This document shows positions 23,101 to 34,884 of a DNA stretch of 64,000 nt, piece after piece; within the stretch, counting starts at the first letter, position 1; each line of letters begins with the position of its first letter. Under the pieces are notes generated by a model. That model saw only the letters and a list, made by a program, of their open reading frames with translations, was not told where the DNA came from and searched no databases. This DNA comes from Histomonas meleagridis 2922-C6/04-290x (Eukaryota; Protista; Parabasalia): contig JAANOX010000144.1 of the NCBI GenBank assembly GCA_020184695.1, positions 248,001-312,000 on the forward strand, given 5' to 3'. A program made the translations under genes and the position numbers.

Positions 23101-24126
23101 CTATGTAACAAATGTCTTACGCAAAGCTGGATTTGACTTTAAGTCTGGCCTCTTCAGTAAGCAGGACTTGTTAGTTTTACACCTAAGAAGTCTGCTATGA
23201 GATACTGAAGATATAAGTCCAGGTAAAGATCTTCTTCGGAAGCCATTTGGTGACGGATCTTCATATGATGGCAAAAGAGATATATAGTTATATTTTTGTA
23301 TATTGTCAAATATTGGGGACCGAAGAAGTAATTGGATCGATTCTCTTCTTTGTGGATTAACAGCTGCCATAGAGCGAATCAGTTTACAAAATTCGGGATC
23401 AGCATAAGGAGGAAATTCCAAAAATCCGATTTTGATTGCAATTTCTAATTCACTTTCATTGCATTTACCCCATGGAAGCCTCCCAAAGGCAATTTGATAA
23501 AACGTAATACCAAGTGACCAAATGTCGGCTAAGAACGGATCTGTGTTTTGATGACATATAATTTCAGGTGCCATATAAGGAAGAGAGCCAGAATAGCTAT
23601 TGATGATTTCTCCTTTTTCAAATCGTTTGCTAAGACCAAAATCAGCAAGTTTTGGTCTTCCATAATTATCTAATAAAATGTTTGCTGGCTTGATATCTCT
23701 ATGTGCAACGTTTTGTTCATGGCAATGTAACAATGCCTTCAATATCTGATAACAAAATGAGTAAAGTTTTGGGGGTCTAATAGGACCTTCTTTATCAATT
23801 AAGTCCTTTAAAGAGCCACCACCACAATGTTCAAGAACTATATATAGGTTAGTGTGGTTTTCATCGAAAAAGAATTCATACATTGAAATGATATTTGGAT
23901 GACATAATCGAATTAAAGTTGTAGCTTCGTTTTTCGCCTCGTCAATTGTTGAAGAATTTTGAGGGATTCTTTTAATACAGAAGTCCTGGTGGTATTTGTC
24001 AGAACTTACAAGAAATACTGATCCATTTCCACCAGCACCGATTGGCTTTTTATATTGGTAATGATGTTCAGGAAAAACGTGTTGAATCTCTGTTACACTT
24101 ATTTGTTGTGATTGATTCAGGATCAT
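23101..24126 (-). CDS. Ser/Thr protein kinase (CAMK-like)
   Basis: GAGGNGSV, CIK, HRDIKPANILL, DFGLS, GSLPYMAPE, DIWSLG. Confidence 0.93.
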   Translation of the reverse strand: MILNQSQQISVTEIQHVFPEHHYQYKKPIGAGGNGSVFLVSSDKYHQDFCIKRIPQNSSTIDEAKNEATTLIRLCHPNIISMYEFFFDENHTNLYIVLEHCGGGSLKDLIDKEGPIRPPKLYSFCYQILKALLHCHEQNVAHRDIKPANILLDNYGRPKLADFGLSKRFEKGEIINSYSGSLPYMAPEIICHQNTDPFLADIWSLGITFYQIAFGRLPWGKCNESELEIAIKIGFLEFPPYADPEFCKLIRSMAAVNPQRRESIQLLLRSPIFDNIQKYNYISLLPSYEDPSPNGFRRRSLPGLISSVSHSRLLRCKTNKSCLLKRPDLKSNPALRKTFVT

Positions 24127-25250
24127 GGTACGCTAAGTGATGCTTCAAGATTTTATTTTGCTGTTTTGAATTTCGATTGATCGGTGTTCAATCTCTATTC
24201 AATTTTGATTTGATAGTCGACTATGCTTTTGAAAGGGTATTTGGAATGATCACCTCTGAAATTTGGTGTTTATGCTTTTTCAATGGATTAGTTGCGCTAT
24301 TATTCATTCAAAAAAAATTTCTATTTCAAGCTGAACGAATCGATCAATCACTTATTCACCGTTAATGACTTTAAAGTGACAGTGCAACGCCTACGTTCGT
24401 CACGACATCAAGTCCCTTTGATATCTTGAAGAAATATAAACAAATTGAAATTTCATGATAATAAAACACTAAACCAATCATAAGCCTAAGGATATGATGA
24501 CTTAAAAATAGAGACGAAAGACGCAAGAAACATCATATTGAAATTTCCTAATTGTTTATCATGTTGAAACTATGAAATTAAAGGAAATAAAACAACGTAT
24601 TAATGATAAGAATGAACTTTTTGCTTTATTCCTCTTGATTTCATATGAAATTTATGACTTTAATTTTTTTTTAATATTTTCAAATCGGTGGTTACATCCT
24701 TTTTAGGCTTTGTTCTATGATGTCATTCGATAGAAACAATAACATTGCTGAAAAAATATTTTTTGTTTGGAAAGAATTAAAATTTGAATAGTTCATCAGA
24801 ACAAATTTTTGCTTAAATGTTTGAACATTGTTTTAATACATCTATAATTTGAAGAATCGATGATTTTTAATGATTGCAATCAATTTCAAATATAGTTTGA
24901 CAAGTACAAATTAATCAGTTCTTTCATAAAAACACATCGCCAAAAAGCTATAAATAATGGGGAAACATAAAGCGACCATCGAAGGCATGCTTGTCGTTCC
25001 AAGAAACGATGAAGACGTTTTGTAGTTATTGTTTCAAATTGAAAAAAAAAAAAAACGAAATAACTGCCAGCCTCGTAAAAAAAATTGTTACAACAATTCT
25101 AAACAACGCCACTCAAAAAGATTTATGTGGGTGTACCCAAAATCCGACCAAAACATAAATCCTCTCAAAAATAATTTGAGGATAACTTTTGACTGGATTC
25201 GGTTATGTTTTTCTATGGCCTGATAAATTTTCAATATATTACAACAAATC

Positions 25251-26291
25251 ATGAGCATGCTAGCAAAACCAACCTCAAAACTCAGTCTCATGGAAATCCA
25301 GCATTTGCTTCCAAAACATCACTATCACTATAATAAGTTCGTTGGAGCTGGTGGCTGCGGCAGTGTTTTCCTTGTGAGATCTGATAGATATAATCAAGAC
25401 TTTTGTATCAAACGAATTTCTCACCCAGACGCAAATTATGGAGACCATACCGTTAACGAAGTTACCACGTTGATTAGATTATGTCATCCAAATATTATAT
25501 CAATGTACGAATTCTTTTTCGATGAACCTCATGCAAATTTATACATCGTCCTAGAGTATTGTAGCGGAGGTTCGTTGAAGGAGCTTGTTGAGAAAGAAGG
25601 TCCAATCAGACCTCCAAAACTTTATTCTTATTGTTATCAAATATTAAAAGCATTATTACATTGCCATGAACAAAACGTGGCCCATAGAGATATTAAGCCC
25701 GCAAATATTCTCTTGGATAACTACGGGAGGCCTAAACTTGCAGATTTTGGTCTAAGCAGACAATTAGAAAAAGGCGAGATCATAAACAGTTATGCTGGTT
25801 CTCGTCCATTCATGGCACCAGAGATTGTTTCCCATCAAAACACAGATCCATTTATGGCCGATATTTGGTCGCTTGGAATAACATTTTATAGTATCGCCTT
25901 TGGAAGACTTCCATGGGGCTCTTGTAACGACGGTGAGTTAGAGATGGCGATCAAGATCGGTTTCTTGGAATTTCCGCCATATGCCGATCCTGAGTTTTGT
26001 AAGTTGATTCGTTCGATGACTGCTGTTAACCCATTGAAACGAGAACCACTTTCGAAACTACTGAAATCACCTATCTTTAATAATATACAGAAACATAGCT
26101 TCTCCTCGTTATGTACACAGCATAAAGCAGAATCTTTATTGCAAACAGGTGCACATAGGAGAAGTAAATCTACAGTCCCTGCTTCTTCTTCTGATAGCCA
26201 GATTGTTGAAAAGAGAAGAAGCCTTAAATCCTATATGACACTTGGAAGAGAAATGCGTTCGAATTCTAGACTTCATATGACATTTATATAA
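25251..26291 (+). CDS. Ser/Thr protein kinase (CAMK-like), close paralog of 23101-24126
   Basis: GAGGCGSV, HRDIKPANILL, DFGLS, GSRPFMAPE, DIWSLG; the catalytic core is nearly identical to its neighbour's. Confidence 0.93.
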   Translation: MSMLAKPTSKLSLMEIQHLLPKHHYHYNKFVGAGGCGSVFLVRSDRYNQDFCIKRISHPDANYGDHTVNEVTTLIRLCHPNIISMYEFFFDEPHANLYIVLEYCSGGSLKELVEKEGPIRPPKLYSYCYQILKALLHCHEQNVAHRDIKPANILLDNYGRPKLADFGLSRQLEKGEIINSYAGSRPFMAPEIVSHQNTDPFMADIWSLGITFYSIAFGRLPWGSCNDGELEMAIKIGFLEFPPYADPEFCKLIRSMTAVNPLKREPLSKLLKSPIFNNIQKHSFSSLCTQHKAESLLQTGAHRRSKSTVPASSSDSQIVEKRRSLKSYMTLGREMRSNSRLHMTFI

Positions 26292-27244
26292 ATAAAGATA
26301 TAGATAAAAATAAGCAACTATTGTTTGATCTTTGTGATTTGTTTTGATTTGAATGATGTAATTATGTAATTCAAACTTTGGCAAACAAATCGCGAAAGAG
26401 GTATAACTCTATGATTAGTGTGATATCCCAATGATGATAATAATCTGATGTTGTAAGCTGTGTGTTTTGCTTTGAAGTTGATTTTGTTATTATGTACTTT
26501 TTTAAGTATTCAATTTTGATAGGAAAATGTCAGGAAAAACGCTGTGAAAAGTGTACTTTTTTGATGTTTATGTCAAATCCCATTTTGAATATACCAGATT
26601 TTACATGCTTTGAAAATTGCGGTTTTTTGATTGGAATATATTTGAACTCAAAATTGGTGGTATAAAATTGTATAACAGTGAAATGTATTGGTAACGAAAA
26701 TTAATTTTATCTCATGATCGGATGGGAAATATCTAAAGAGATGATTATAATCACCTGTGTATAAATGTGTAAATATAAAGATCCACATAACTTGAGATAA
26801 TTGATCAACTGGAAGGGATAAATAGGTTTTTTTTACTCTTATTATGCATATCAGAAGGTTGATTTGAATGGTTATCGATTTTTTTACAACAGTTTACCAC
26901 GCTTTGTCATTAGTTAATTTCCACTTTTTGTGAAAACTATTTCTGAGACGAAGCAAGCAAAAAGTGGTGTCATGTTAGCGTTATTAATTGAGAGGACTTT
27001 TTGCGATTATATTTTTCATCAAATTCTTGATTTCTATTTATAAAACCTCATAAAATTACATAACCCCATTATGACACCAAGTCATTCTTACAGAAATAGC
27101 TTTGTTTTCAAGACGCACTCCAAATGAATTAACCAAAAGAATTTCATAGAATACTAGTATAATAATTATACTATAATAATTTATTGCCTTAGCTATCTCC
27201 TAAAAAGAATTTTAGTCAAAAAAACAAAATATTTCAATGAGTTT

Positions 27245-29857
27245 TTAAAGAAATGTAATTTCAATATCATCTTTCATTTGAACCTTAGGATTATGAACTG
27301 TGATAACTCCATCTGAAACATCAAATTCGAATTGATTATTATTGGAATCAACAACTTTTGTAGGTGTCTTTTTCATTCCTGTAATAATTATTTTGTTGAT
27401 GACAACATCATATTTGGATACAAATGCACTCTTAGGAGAAACGTCGTCGTTAAATTGTGATTTTAACTTTCCATCAGCAAATGTGAATTTCTTATCCAAA
27501 TAATCTCCTTTCATGAAGTCGAATGTGTTACCATCATCTACGTATACTCTACCTTCAGCCCTTTCATTTTCGTCAAGTGCAATAATTAATGTAAATGGAT
27601 CCCAAAACATAAGTTCTGTAGATTTTCTGATGATACCCTTAATTGGGATTATTGATCCACCACGAATGAATACTGGTGTTCTTCCATTATCAGGTTCTAT
27701 TTCTATTTCATTCGATTTTACCTCCAAAAGTGTCTTGTAAAAGTACCAGCGACCGTTAGGCAAATTAACGGTCATCTTCTGAAGTTGCTCATTCAAAAAT
27801 GGGACGATAAGCAGTGAATTTCCGACCATAGCCTTATCGTCCACATCAAAGAAACGTTCTTCGTTGAATTCCCACCAAAGAGGTCTGACAATAGGCTCAC
27901 CAGTTAAGTTTGCAACTCTTGCTAATGTATACCAATATTGTATAAGCTTATAACGATCTATAATTGCTTCTCTTGCAACATCAAAATAACCATCTTTCAG
28001 ATAGTAAATTTCACGATGTTCACTTAAATGATGACAATGACATCTAAAGAATGGATATAACCATGCACCAACTTGGTACCATCTTGAAAGTAAGTTCTGA
28101 TCTGGTGAATCGAAAAATCCTCCAACATCTGCGCCGATATATACAATTGAGGATAACCCACTTGTTATAACCATTTGAATTGAGGATGCAAGGTTTTGCC
28201 AATCACCTGTATTGTCACCTGTCCATACATAAGCATATTTTTGAGCACCTGCGAAATATGATCGGGTTAAAATAAACGGTCGTTCATTTGCATCGGCATT
28301 TCGCTTCACAAGTCCAGTGTATGTTGCTGAAATCATTAATAAACCATAGATGTTATGTACTTCACGTTCTTCGATTCCACCATAGTGTATTAAGTCACGT
28401 GGTGCTGTTAACTCACTTGAATCAAAGACAGAAATTTCATTCATATCGTTCCAAACATGCAAATTTGACTTACTCTGTTTGTATTTGGTGTAATAGAAAT
28501 TCGTTTCCCACCAACTTCGTGCTTCTGGATTAAGGTAATCAGGCCATACACTTCTCCCTGGCCAACAGTTAGCTACAAATTCACTAGTACCATCAGGATT
28601 CTTAATAAGAAGATTTTTATCTGCAGCTTCACTGTAAAATGAATAACTTCTTTCAGCGCGAAGATGTGGATCAACAAGTGCAACCAACCGACGCTTATTA
28701 TGGGCAAGAGCATCAAGAAGTTTATGTGGATCTCGGAAGTTGGCTGGGTGGAAAGTAAAATATTTGCGATTATCAGTATGATCCAAATCAAGCCAAAGTA
28801 CATCATGTGGCACAATAGAAGAATCAAGTTTGGAATCAACTTCAAGAAGTTCATCAGTTGTCATATAACTCCATCTGCATTGGTGGAAACCGAGTGAGAA
28901 AAGTGGAGCAAGTTGGGGGCGCCCCGTGAGTCGTGTAAAAGTGTCGGCGACTTTTTGGGGTGTACCAAAGAAGATAAAAGTGTCAATGTAACCGCCTTCT
29001 GACATGAAACGAACACGTTTAACACCGTCAGTGGTGATATCTGCCCATGTTTCACTTGGGTTGCACCAGAAAACGCCATCACAACCATTAAGGGCATGGG
29101 CCATGAGGAATGGGATTCCACCATACATTGACATCACTGAATTAACTTCAAATTTATTAATGTCTGTGTTGAAAAATCGAATAGGATCTGTAACATTATA
29201 CGTTTGTTCAAGTGTAACTGGAAGTGTATGAGATGGAAGACCACTAATTCTAACTCCGGGTGCATGGAAATCAACATTGAGAGCTATAGATGTTGGTCCA
29301 TTCTTGAACGAATCTGTGTGGCCACCAAATGAACTACTTTCGAAGAGTTTTGGGTTGTTTTCTTTAGATCTGTGTGTTTCAAAAACTGCATTATCTTCTG
29401 CATTAAGTGTAATCCTTTTGTTTTCTTTGTCATAGGCTACAATTGAAAACGGGTTAATAATAATTTCAACTGTTTGTTGCTCAGTTTTCAAAATAATTTT
29501 ATCAGATTCTTTTTGAACTGTAAATTTAACATGTTTGTTAAGTTCATTTTGGTTGATGACAGTGGGTTCATGTACGCAGTCAAAGCGTGGGAAACTTTCC
29601 TTTGTATCTGGTTCAATTCGAACACGGAAAGCACTGCATTCCAAGAAATAAATTGATAACTTAAGCTTGTTATTGTAGGCTCCATCATTAATCAACGCTT
29701 CAAATACATTACCTTTTTCTTTAAAAGAATCTGGTATGATTGTCCAATTCTGTTTCTCTAAATATCTATCACGAGAACAAAATGGAGACTGAGCACATGT
29801 CCGAAACTTAGAGTGGTCTGCTGAAGCTATAAGTGGAATCAAAGCCAAAAACCACAT
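27245..29857 (-). CDS. GANAB: Glycoside hydrolase family 31, glucosidase II alpha subunit
   Basis: Signal peptide followed by HSKFRTCAQSPFC; GFHQCRWSY, DVLWLDLDH, catalytic WNDMNE, WTGDN, GADVGGF, PFFRCH. Confidence 0.92.
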   Translation of the reverse strand: MWFLALIPLIASADHSKFRTCAQSPFCSRDRYLEKQNWTIIPDSFKEKGNVFEALINDGAYNNKLKLSIYFLECSAFRVRIEPDTKESFPRFDCVHEPTVINQNELNKHVKFTVQKESDKIILKTEQQTVEIIINPFSIVAYDKENKRITLNAEDNAVFETHRSKENNPKLFESSSFGGHTDSFKNGPTSIALNVDFHAPGVRISGLPSHTLPVTLEQTYNVTDPIRFFNTDINKFEVNSVMSMYGGIPFLMAHALNGCDGVFWCNPSETWADITTDGVKRVRFMSEGGYIDTFIFFGTPQKVADTFTRLTGRPQLAPLFSLGFHQCRWSYMTTDELLEVDSKLDSSIVPHDVLWLDLDHTDNRKYFTFHPANFRDPHKLLDALAHNKRRLVALVDPHLRAERSYSFYSEAADKNLLIKNPDGTSEFVANCWPGRSVWPDYLNPEARSWWETNFYYTKYKQSKSNLHVWNDMNEISVFDSSELTAPRDLIHYGGIEEREVHNIYGLLMISATYTGLVKRNADANERPFILTRSYFAGAQKYAYVWTGDNTGDWQNLASSIQMVITSGLSSIVYIGADVGGFFDSPDQNLLSRWYQVGAWLYPFFRCHCHHLSEHREIYYLKDGYFDVAREAIIDRYKLIQYWYTLARVANLTGEPIVRPLWWEFNEERFFDVDDKAMVGNSLLIVPFLNEQLQKMTVNLPNGRWYFYKTLLEVKSNEIEIEPDNGRTPVFIRGGSIIPIKGIIRKSTELMFWDPFTLIIALDENERAEGRVYVDDGNTFDFMKGDYLDKKFTFADGKLKSQFNDDVSPKSAFVSKYDVVINKIIITGMKKTPTKVVDSNNNQFEFDVSDGVITVHNPKVQMKDDIEITFL

Positions 29858-29933
29858 CTAAAAATGAATGCGACCAAATATAATTGAAAGAAATGTGATA
29901 TGAAAAATACTAACCTCTTTTTTGAAATAATAT

Positions 29934-30512
29934 TTACTCGATAAAGGGTAGTAGATGGGCTCCAACAAGTCCTTGTCCGCTCCATTTTTCTGGTGTAATT
30001 GTGATTTCTATGATATTTCTTCCCTCAGGTGCAACTCGATAAATTTTAACAACAACAGGATTTCCTTCAACAATCTGCTTTGGAATGTCAAACATTTTTT
30101 TGGCATCACCAAATTGTAAGATGAAATCACCATTTCGTAGATCACCTTTTTCTGCTGGGGAATTTGAATGAACTTCATCAATAATTGAGAATGGCTTAAG
30201 TTTTTCCAACTCAAGATATAGTGGTGGATTTCCGTCTGCTGTGTTTCCCTCTGTTTGTGTTAAATTATCAATGATGAATTCTATTCTTTTTCGGTCATTT
30301 AAAAGTCGAGCAGCATGTTGTCTTTGTGATAAAACCTTATAGTGATCAATATCAGGAAGTGGATATCCTTCATCGTCAATTAATTTACCACGATATCCAA
30401 CACCTGCTAATTCCAAATAATCCTTAATTTGAAGAAGTTGTTTATCAATAGAGTCACGTACTGAAGATAAAATGTTTGCTGATTTAAAAAGAATTTGTTT
30501 TTGTGGATTCAT
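29934..30512 (-). CDS. PSMD9: 26S proteasome assembly chaperone Nas2/p27 (PDZ domain)
   Basis: GKLIDDEGYPLPDID, PFSIIDEVHSNSPAEKGDLRNGD and PEKWSGQGLVG; first ATG at 30512. Confidence 0.87.
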   Translation of the reverse strand: MNPQKQILFKSANILSSVRDSIDKQLLQIKDYLELAGVGYRGKLIDDEGYPLPDIDHYKVLSQRQHAARLLNDRKRIEFIIDNLTQTEGNTADGNPPLYLELEKLKPFSIIDEVHSNSPAEKGDLRNGDFILQFGDAKKMFDIPKQIVEGNPVVVKIYRVAPEGRNIIEITITPEKWSGQGLVGAHLLPFIE

Positions 30513-30551
30513 TTTTATTTTTTTTGTTGTTTTTAATTCTGACCAACTAAC

Positions 30552-30565
30552 TCGGGGCACCCCGA
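30552..30565. promoter_or_regulatory. TCGGGG-CA-CCCCGA inverted repeat between divergent genes
   Basis: Perfect 6-bp arms, about 40 nt from both ATG 30512 (-) and ATG 30604 (+). Confidence 0.45.
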
Positions 30566-30603
30566 TAAATTTGATGCTTAACTTCAGATCAAAACAACCT
30601 AAT

Positions 30604-31245
30604 ATGAATACCGGGAAAAGACACCCTGCTTTAATTGCAATAGATAAAATAATTGAGGAGAAAAAAAATAGGAAAGATATTGAGAATCAACATTTAAGCA
30701 CGGATGTACAAAATAATCCAAAAAGAAAACAAAGTTTAGAACCAGTATTTATGGATATAATGGGTAATAAAAGCAAAGGAGAAAATAAAAGAAAAAGTCT
30801 TGATATTTCATATTATGATACAAAAAATGAGAAACAGAGCAAAAAAAGTAAAGTAAAATATCATTTCATTTCTTCATCTACAACTAGTGGAGAAGAAAAT
30901 ATTCCAAAGTACAATCGTAATAAGAAAATTCATGAAATCAAAGAACCTAATTTCTCAATTATCAATTCTACCAAACGAAATATTACAGAATTACTTGAAG
31001 ACGAAGAATTTTTTTCTGACACATATTTAAAAAAGCATAATAAAACAGAAAAAAAGCGCAAACAAATTTCTTATCAAGATGATGAAATCATAAAAAATGA
31101 CATTGAAACAGGTTCAAAGTATTATACGTCATCAGGTAAGGAAGTTGAGATGATAACTATTTCTAATGACAACAAAGCAATCGTTTTTGATGCTGATTCA
31201 TCTGTTTTAATTTGGTACGATAAATCCGAATTGAAACTTGCGTAA
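30604..31245 (+). CDS. Hypothetical Lys-rich protein
   Basis: 213-aa ORF from ATG 30604, divergent from PSMD9. Confidence 0.6.
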   Translation: MNTGKRHPALIAIDKIIEEKKNRKDIENQHLSTDVQNNPKRKQSLEPVFMDIMGNKSKGENKRKSLDISYYDTKNEKQSKKSKVKYHFISSSTTSGEENIPKYNRNKKIHEIKEPNFSIINSTKRNITELLEDEEFFSDTYLKKHNKTEKKRKQISYQDDEIIKNDIETGSKYYTSSGKEVEMITISNDNKAIVFDADSSVLIWYDKSELKLA

Positions 31246-31284
31246 ACTTTTCAAAATATTTTGTATAGTAAATTGTTGGTGTTT

Positions 31285-32601
31285 CTATGGTTTATTTTTT
31301 CTCAAAAACTGATTTTGTATTTCAATGATTCGACTTTTATAAATTCCAATTTCATCTTGTAACATGTTAATTTCTTTTTGTTTATTCTTAATTTGTTCAG
31401 ATTGTACCTCTATTTTTAATGTTGCTAATTTTAACTTCTCTTGAGTTTCTTTAATCAAATTTCTTAAGTGTATTTCTTTGTCATTATCGATTACTTTTGA
31501 AGTAGAAATTGATGTTTCGTTTTGTTGTTTTTTAATTTTAAGGTTATTCAATTCGTTTTCCATAGTATCTTTAATATGATTTAATTTTAATGTCTTTTTT
31601 TCGGATTTTTGTAATAACTCATTCAGATGTTGAATAATGTTTTGTGCCGAATTTAACTTTTCTTGTTGCTTTTGGAGTTCTAAGTCAGCATATTTCTGTG
31701 CAACATTCTCAAAATCATCAATTAATTGTTGTTCTTCTTTTCTTTCTTTAAGTTCTTTGTCAATGCTTTCTAACTCATCTTTGGAGTCCCGACTTTGAAG
31801 ATTACTTTGCGCTCGTAATTGTGCAATTTCATCTTGATAACGTTGTTCTGATTCAATCAGTTGTTGTTGTAATTGATATGTAGATTTCTTAAGTGATTTA
31901 AGTCGCTTTTGAGTTTCATAATTTTCATTGGTGGTCATTTGGATACGTGATTGTAGTTCATTAAGCTCTGTTTCTTTGGACTTAATTGTGATTTCGAGTT
32001 TGGAATTTTGTTTTTCCGCTTGGTTAAGTTTGCTAATAAGTTCCCTAAGCTTGTCACTACTGGCTATTTGAGATTGCATTCGTGAAATAGATAAGTTATT
32101 CGAAATTGCGGAGTGGAGTAATTCTGATTGCATTTGATGAAGTGATTTTTCTTTGAGTTTACGATGGTAAATAGGAAGAGAAATTGATTTTTGGATGCGT
32201 AAGAGTCTGCTTACATCGTATTTAAAAAGCCATCGAGAAAAAAGTCGTGATAATTTGAGTCGATTTAATAAACGAATTGCAAGTTGATTATACTGATATA
32301 AAAAATGTTTTCTCATCTTTTTAGCTTCGTGCGATGCATTTCGATCACTTTGTTCTTTTATTCCACGAAGTTCATCGATTTCTAAATTTGATTGTTCTCT
32401 TTCCAAATACTTATTTTTCCAAGTAAAAAAGGAAGTTTGCTTTCTATATTTGTTTAAGAGCATTTGATAAATTAAAAAATCTGAATCATTTTGAGGTGTT
32501 ATATCGAAATTAACTTCAACCTCAAATTGTTGCTTTCTAGGGCTTGTGTCTCCATAAATTTTGTATTGTTTTAATATTTTATTGGATGGAGTTTCCCCCA
32601 T
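31285..32601 (-). CDS. Coiled-coil hypothetical protein
   Basis: 438-aa ORF rich in E/Q/K/L with heptad character. Confidence 0.7.
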   Translation of the reverse strand: MGETPSNKILKQYKIYGDTSPRKQQFEVEVNFDITPQNDSDFLIYQMLLNKYRKQTSFFTWKNKYLEREQSNLEIDELRGIKEQSDRNASHEAKKMRKHFLYQYNQLAIRLLNRLKLSRLFSRWLFKYDVSRLLRIQKSISLPIYHRKLKEKSLHQMQSELLHSAISNNLSISRMQSQIASSDKLRELISKLNQAEKQNSKLEITIKSKETELNELQSRIQMTTNENYETQKRLKSLKKSTYQLQQQLIESEQRYQDEIAQLRAQSNLQSRDSKDELESIDKELKERKEEQQLIDDFENVAQKYADLELQKQQEKLNSAQNIIQHLNELLQKSEKKTLKLNHIKDTMENELNNLKIKKQQNETSISTSKVIDNDKEIHLRNLIKETQEKLKLATLKIEVQSEQIKNKQKEINMLQDEIGIYKSRIIEIQNQFLRKNKP

Positions 32602-33251
32602 AAAAAATATTTTTAACGTATTCTATTAACGTATCGTATTTCTTCTTGGAAACTGAGTCGAATCATATTATCAGCATTTATTGGAAACTGATGTTAATAT
32701 AAAAAACTATATTAAGTTATGAATATGATAATTGATTAAAATTACCACATGTTAAATAATTATTATTTTTTTTTTAATTTTTTTTTTTGAAAAAAAAAAT
32801 AAAACAGTATGAGTGGTATATAAAAATTCACACAATTGCCTTTGATCAACTAGATACCTTCTATGTAAAAAATCATAAATAAAATATTTTTATTAATATG
32901 CTGAAAATTTATTTTAGAACATTCTAAAAAATTTTGTAAAATTTTAATTGAGATTTTACAACAATTATCTGTTTATAAATTACAAACATTTTATGAAATT
33001 TTATTATTGGATTTAGTGTTTATTCCTCCAAATTTGGAAGAAGCTCTTTAGCCGATAGATAATTTGAATTGTGTGTTCGACTATAAACGATTGTTTTCAA
33101 TTCAATTTTTGAATGCTAACACCGCTGACCAATGCGCCATCGTAAGTGGTTTGGGTTCTTGAGTTGGAATAATGAAACTATAAATTGCTGGTAATATGCT
33201 TCGAAGCATTGATAGAGGATAACTCAAAAAAAATTGTAAAATGAGCCTGGT

Positions 33252-33859
33252 TTAATAAATGCTGCACTTTCCATCAGCTTCCTTCTTGCCTGATTTGCCT
33301 TTCTTTGCACCCTTAGGACGAAGAACGCAAAGAACAGCTGTATTGAACAATTCATTAACATTAGCCCGAGTTAAAGCAGAGCATTCGATATACTCAACTG
33401 CCTGAATTTGTTGCTTGGCTTTCTCAATTTGCTCGGGTTGAACAAGATTTGGTCCACCTTTTTGACGAAGATCAGCTTTGGTTCCGACCAAAATAATCTT
33501 TGCTGTTGGAACTGCTTGATGAACTTCGTTATACCAAGTGTTTGTGATGTTTTCAAGGGAAGTTCTTGAATCAACAGAGAACGCTAACAAGAAAACATTG
33601 GTATCAGGATATGACATAGGTCGAAGTCTTGCATAATCTTCCTGACCTGCAGTATCCCATAACTGCAAGCTTACCGATTCTCCACCGACTTCAATATTGG
33701 CTGCGTAGTTATCAAAAATTGTTGGAATATATTCGGTTGGAAACTCATCTTTCGTATAACTGATAAGAAGGCAAGTTTTCCCAACAGCACCATCGCCTAC
33801 AATAACACATTTAACCTCTAGAATTAGAAAATAAGGATACGCTTTTGGCAAATCGCCAT
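33252..33859 (-). CDS. Rac/Rho-family small GTPase with one 23-nt spliceosomal intron
   Basis: GDGAVGKT, YIPTIFDNY, WDTAGQEDY, VGTKADL, ECSA, C-terminal CSIY CaaX-type box. ATG 33859 joins the body after removing 33840-33818, giving MAICQKQVKCVIVG. Confidence 0.92.
33818..33840 (-). other. Canonical short GT-AG intron (23 nt)
   Basis: GTATCCTTATTTTCTAATTCTAG contains a branch-like TTCTAAT. It has an in-frame TAA if unspliced, and removal restores the frame. Confidence 0.85.
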
Positions 33860-33871
33860 GGATGTTTATTA

Positions 33872-33879
33872 GTCACTTT
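33872..33879 (-). promoter_or_regulatory. AAAGTGAC core-promoter-like motif upstream of the Rac ATG
   Basis: Exact AAAGTGAC 13 nt upstream of ATG 33859. It matches my recollection of a Trichomonas 5' motif. Another copy sits at 6128-6135 near the CCT2 start. Confidence 0.4.
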
Positions 33880-34884
33880 TCGGCTTTTGTTTCGGTTAAG
33901 TTTATACAAGAAGTTTAGAAAATAAAATGGATTCTATTTAAAAGAACACATTAAATTACCATAAATATTAATGGATGATGATAATTAAGTCACATATGAA
34001 TTTATATTCATTATGTTTAATTGGATATTTTTCTTGAATATATTAAGGTATTTTTATTTTTTACCCTTTATTTGGACCTATGAAATTTCTGTATAAAACA
34101 AATAATTTTTTTCAATTCGATTCAAAAAGTAATCTTAAAATCACTTTTTCACTTGTATAAAACCTCGGGTTGACCATTCAATTCAATTTGAACGCTGTAA
34201 ACAAAGACCAACTCTAAAACTCTGTTCTAGAACAGGAACCAATGAATAAAACGCTAAGCAATATATTCTATTTAACTTTTATTGATTTTAAACTTTTTTA
34301 TTTATGACAATACGTTGATCAATTAAATAATTCAAACCATATTTTTCTTATATAACAATGATCATCAAACACATGTTCTTATGTTGTATAATTAGGATAT
34401 TAATAAACTTTCATTTTCTATTTTATTATATCTTTTCTTAACTAAATCGCTATGCAAAAAATATCTTAAAAAAGTGACATCTTTTACTTTTATCCATAAA
34501 TCAGTTAAATGTAAAGTATTACAGTTTTGGACGATAATTAGATAAAATTATCCACACAATATCGAAGCAAATATATATCTTTTTTCTATGATCTCCATTG
34601 AGGATTTTAAAAAAATATTTATTCAATTTCGAAAATTTTGCTTCTTATATAACAAATCTTCGACAACATGTGAAATATTTCCGAGATTTAGAATAATGGT
34701 GATCTACCAAATATAGTAAACTCCGAAGATTTTTCAGGAAATGAACTCATCACTAAAACCCAAGAAAGTTATAACCTCTGAGTTTCTGTCCAAACTACGG
34801 TTTGAAGCCATCCCTGTTCACAAAGCTATCAAAAAGCAGTATTGAAAATAGCGGTTTACTGAATTACTAACGGTTTTCCCCAAA

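Noticed and set aside
22600-33250. Coding-like intergenic patches at about 22600-22830 and 33000-33230
   Set aside because: Multiple stops and no recognisable family; too degraded to call.
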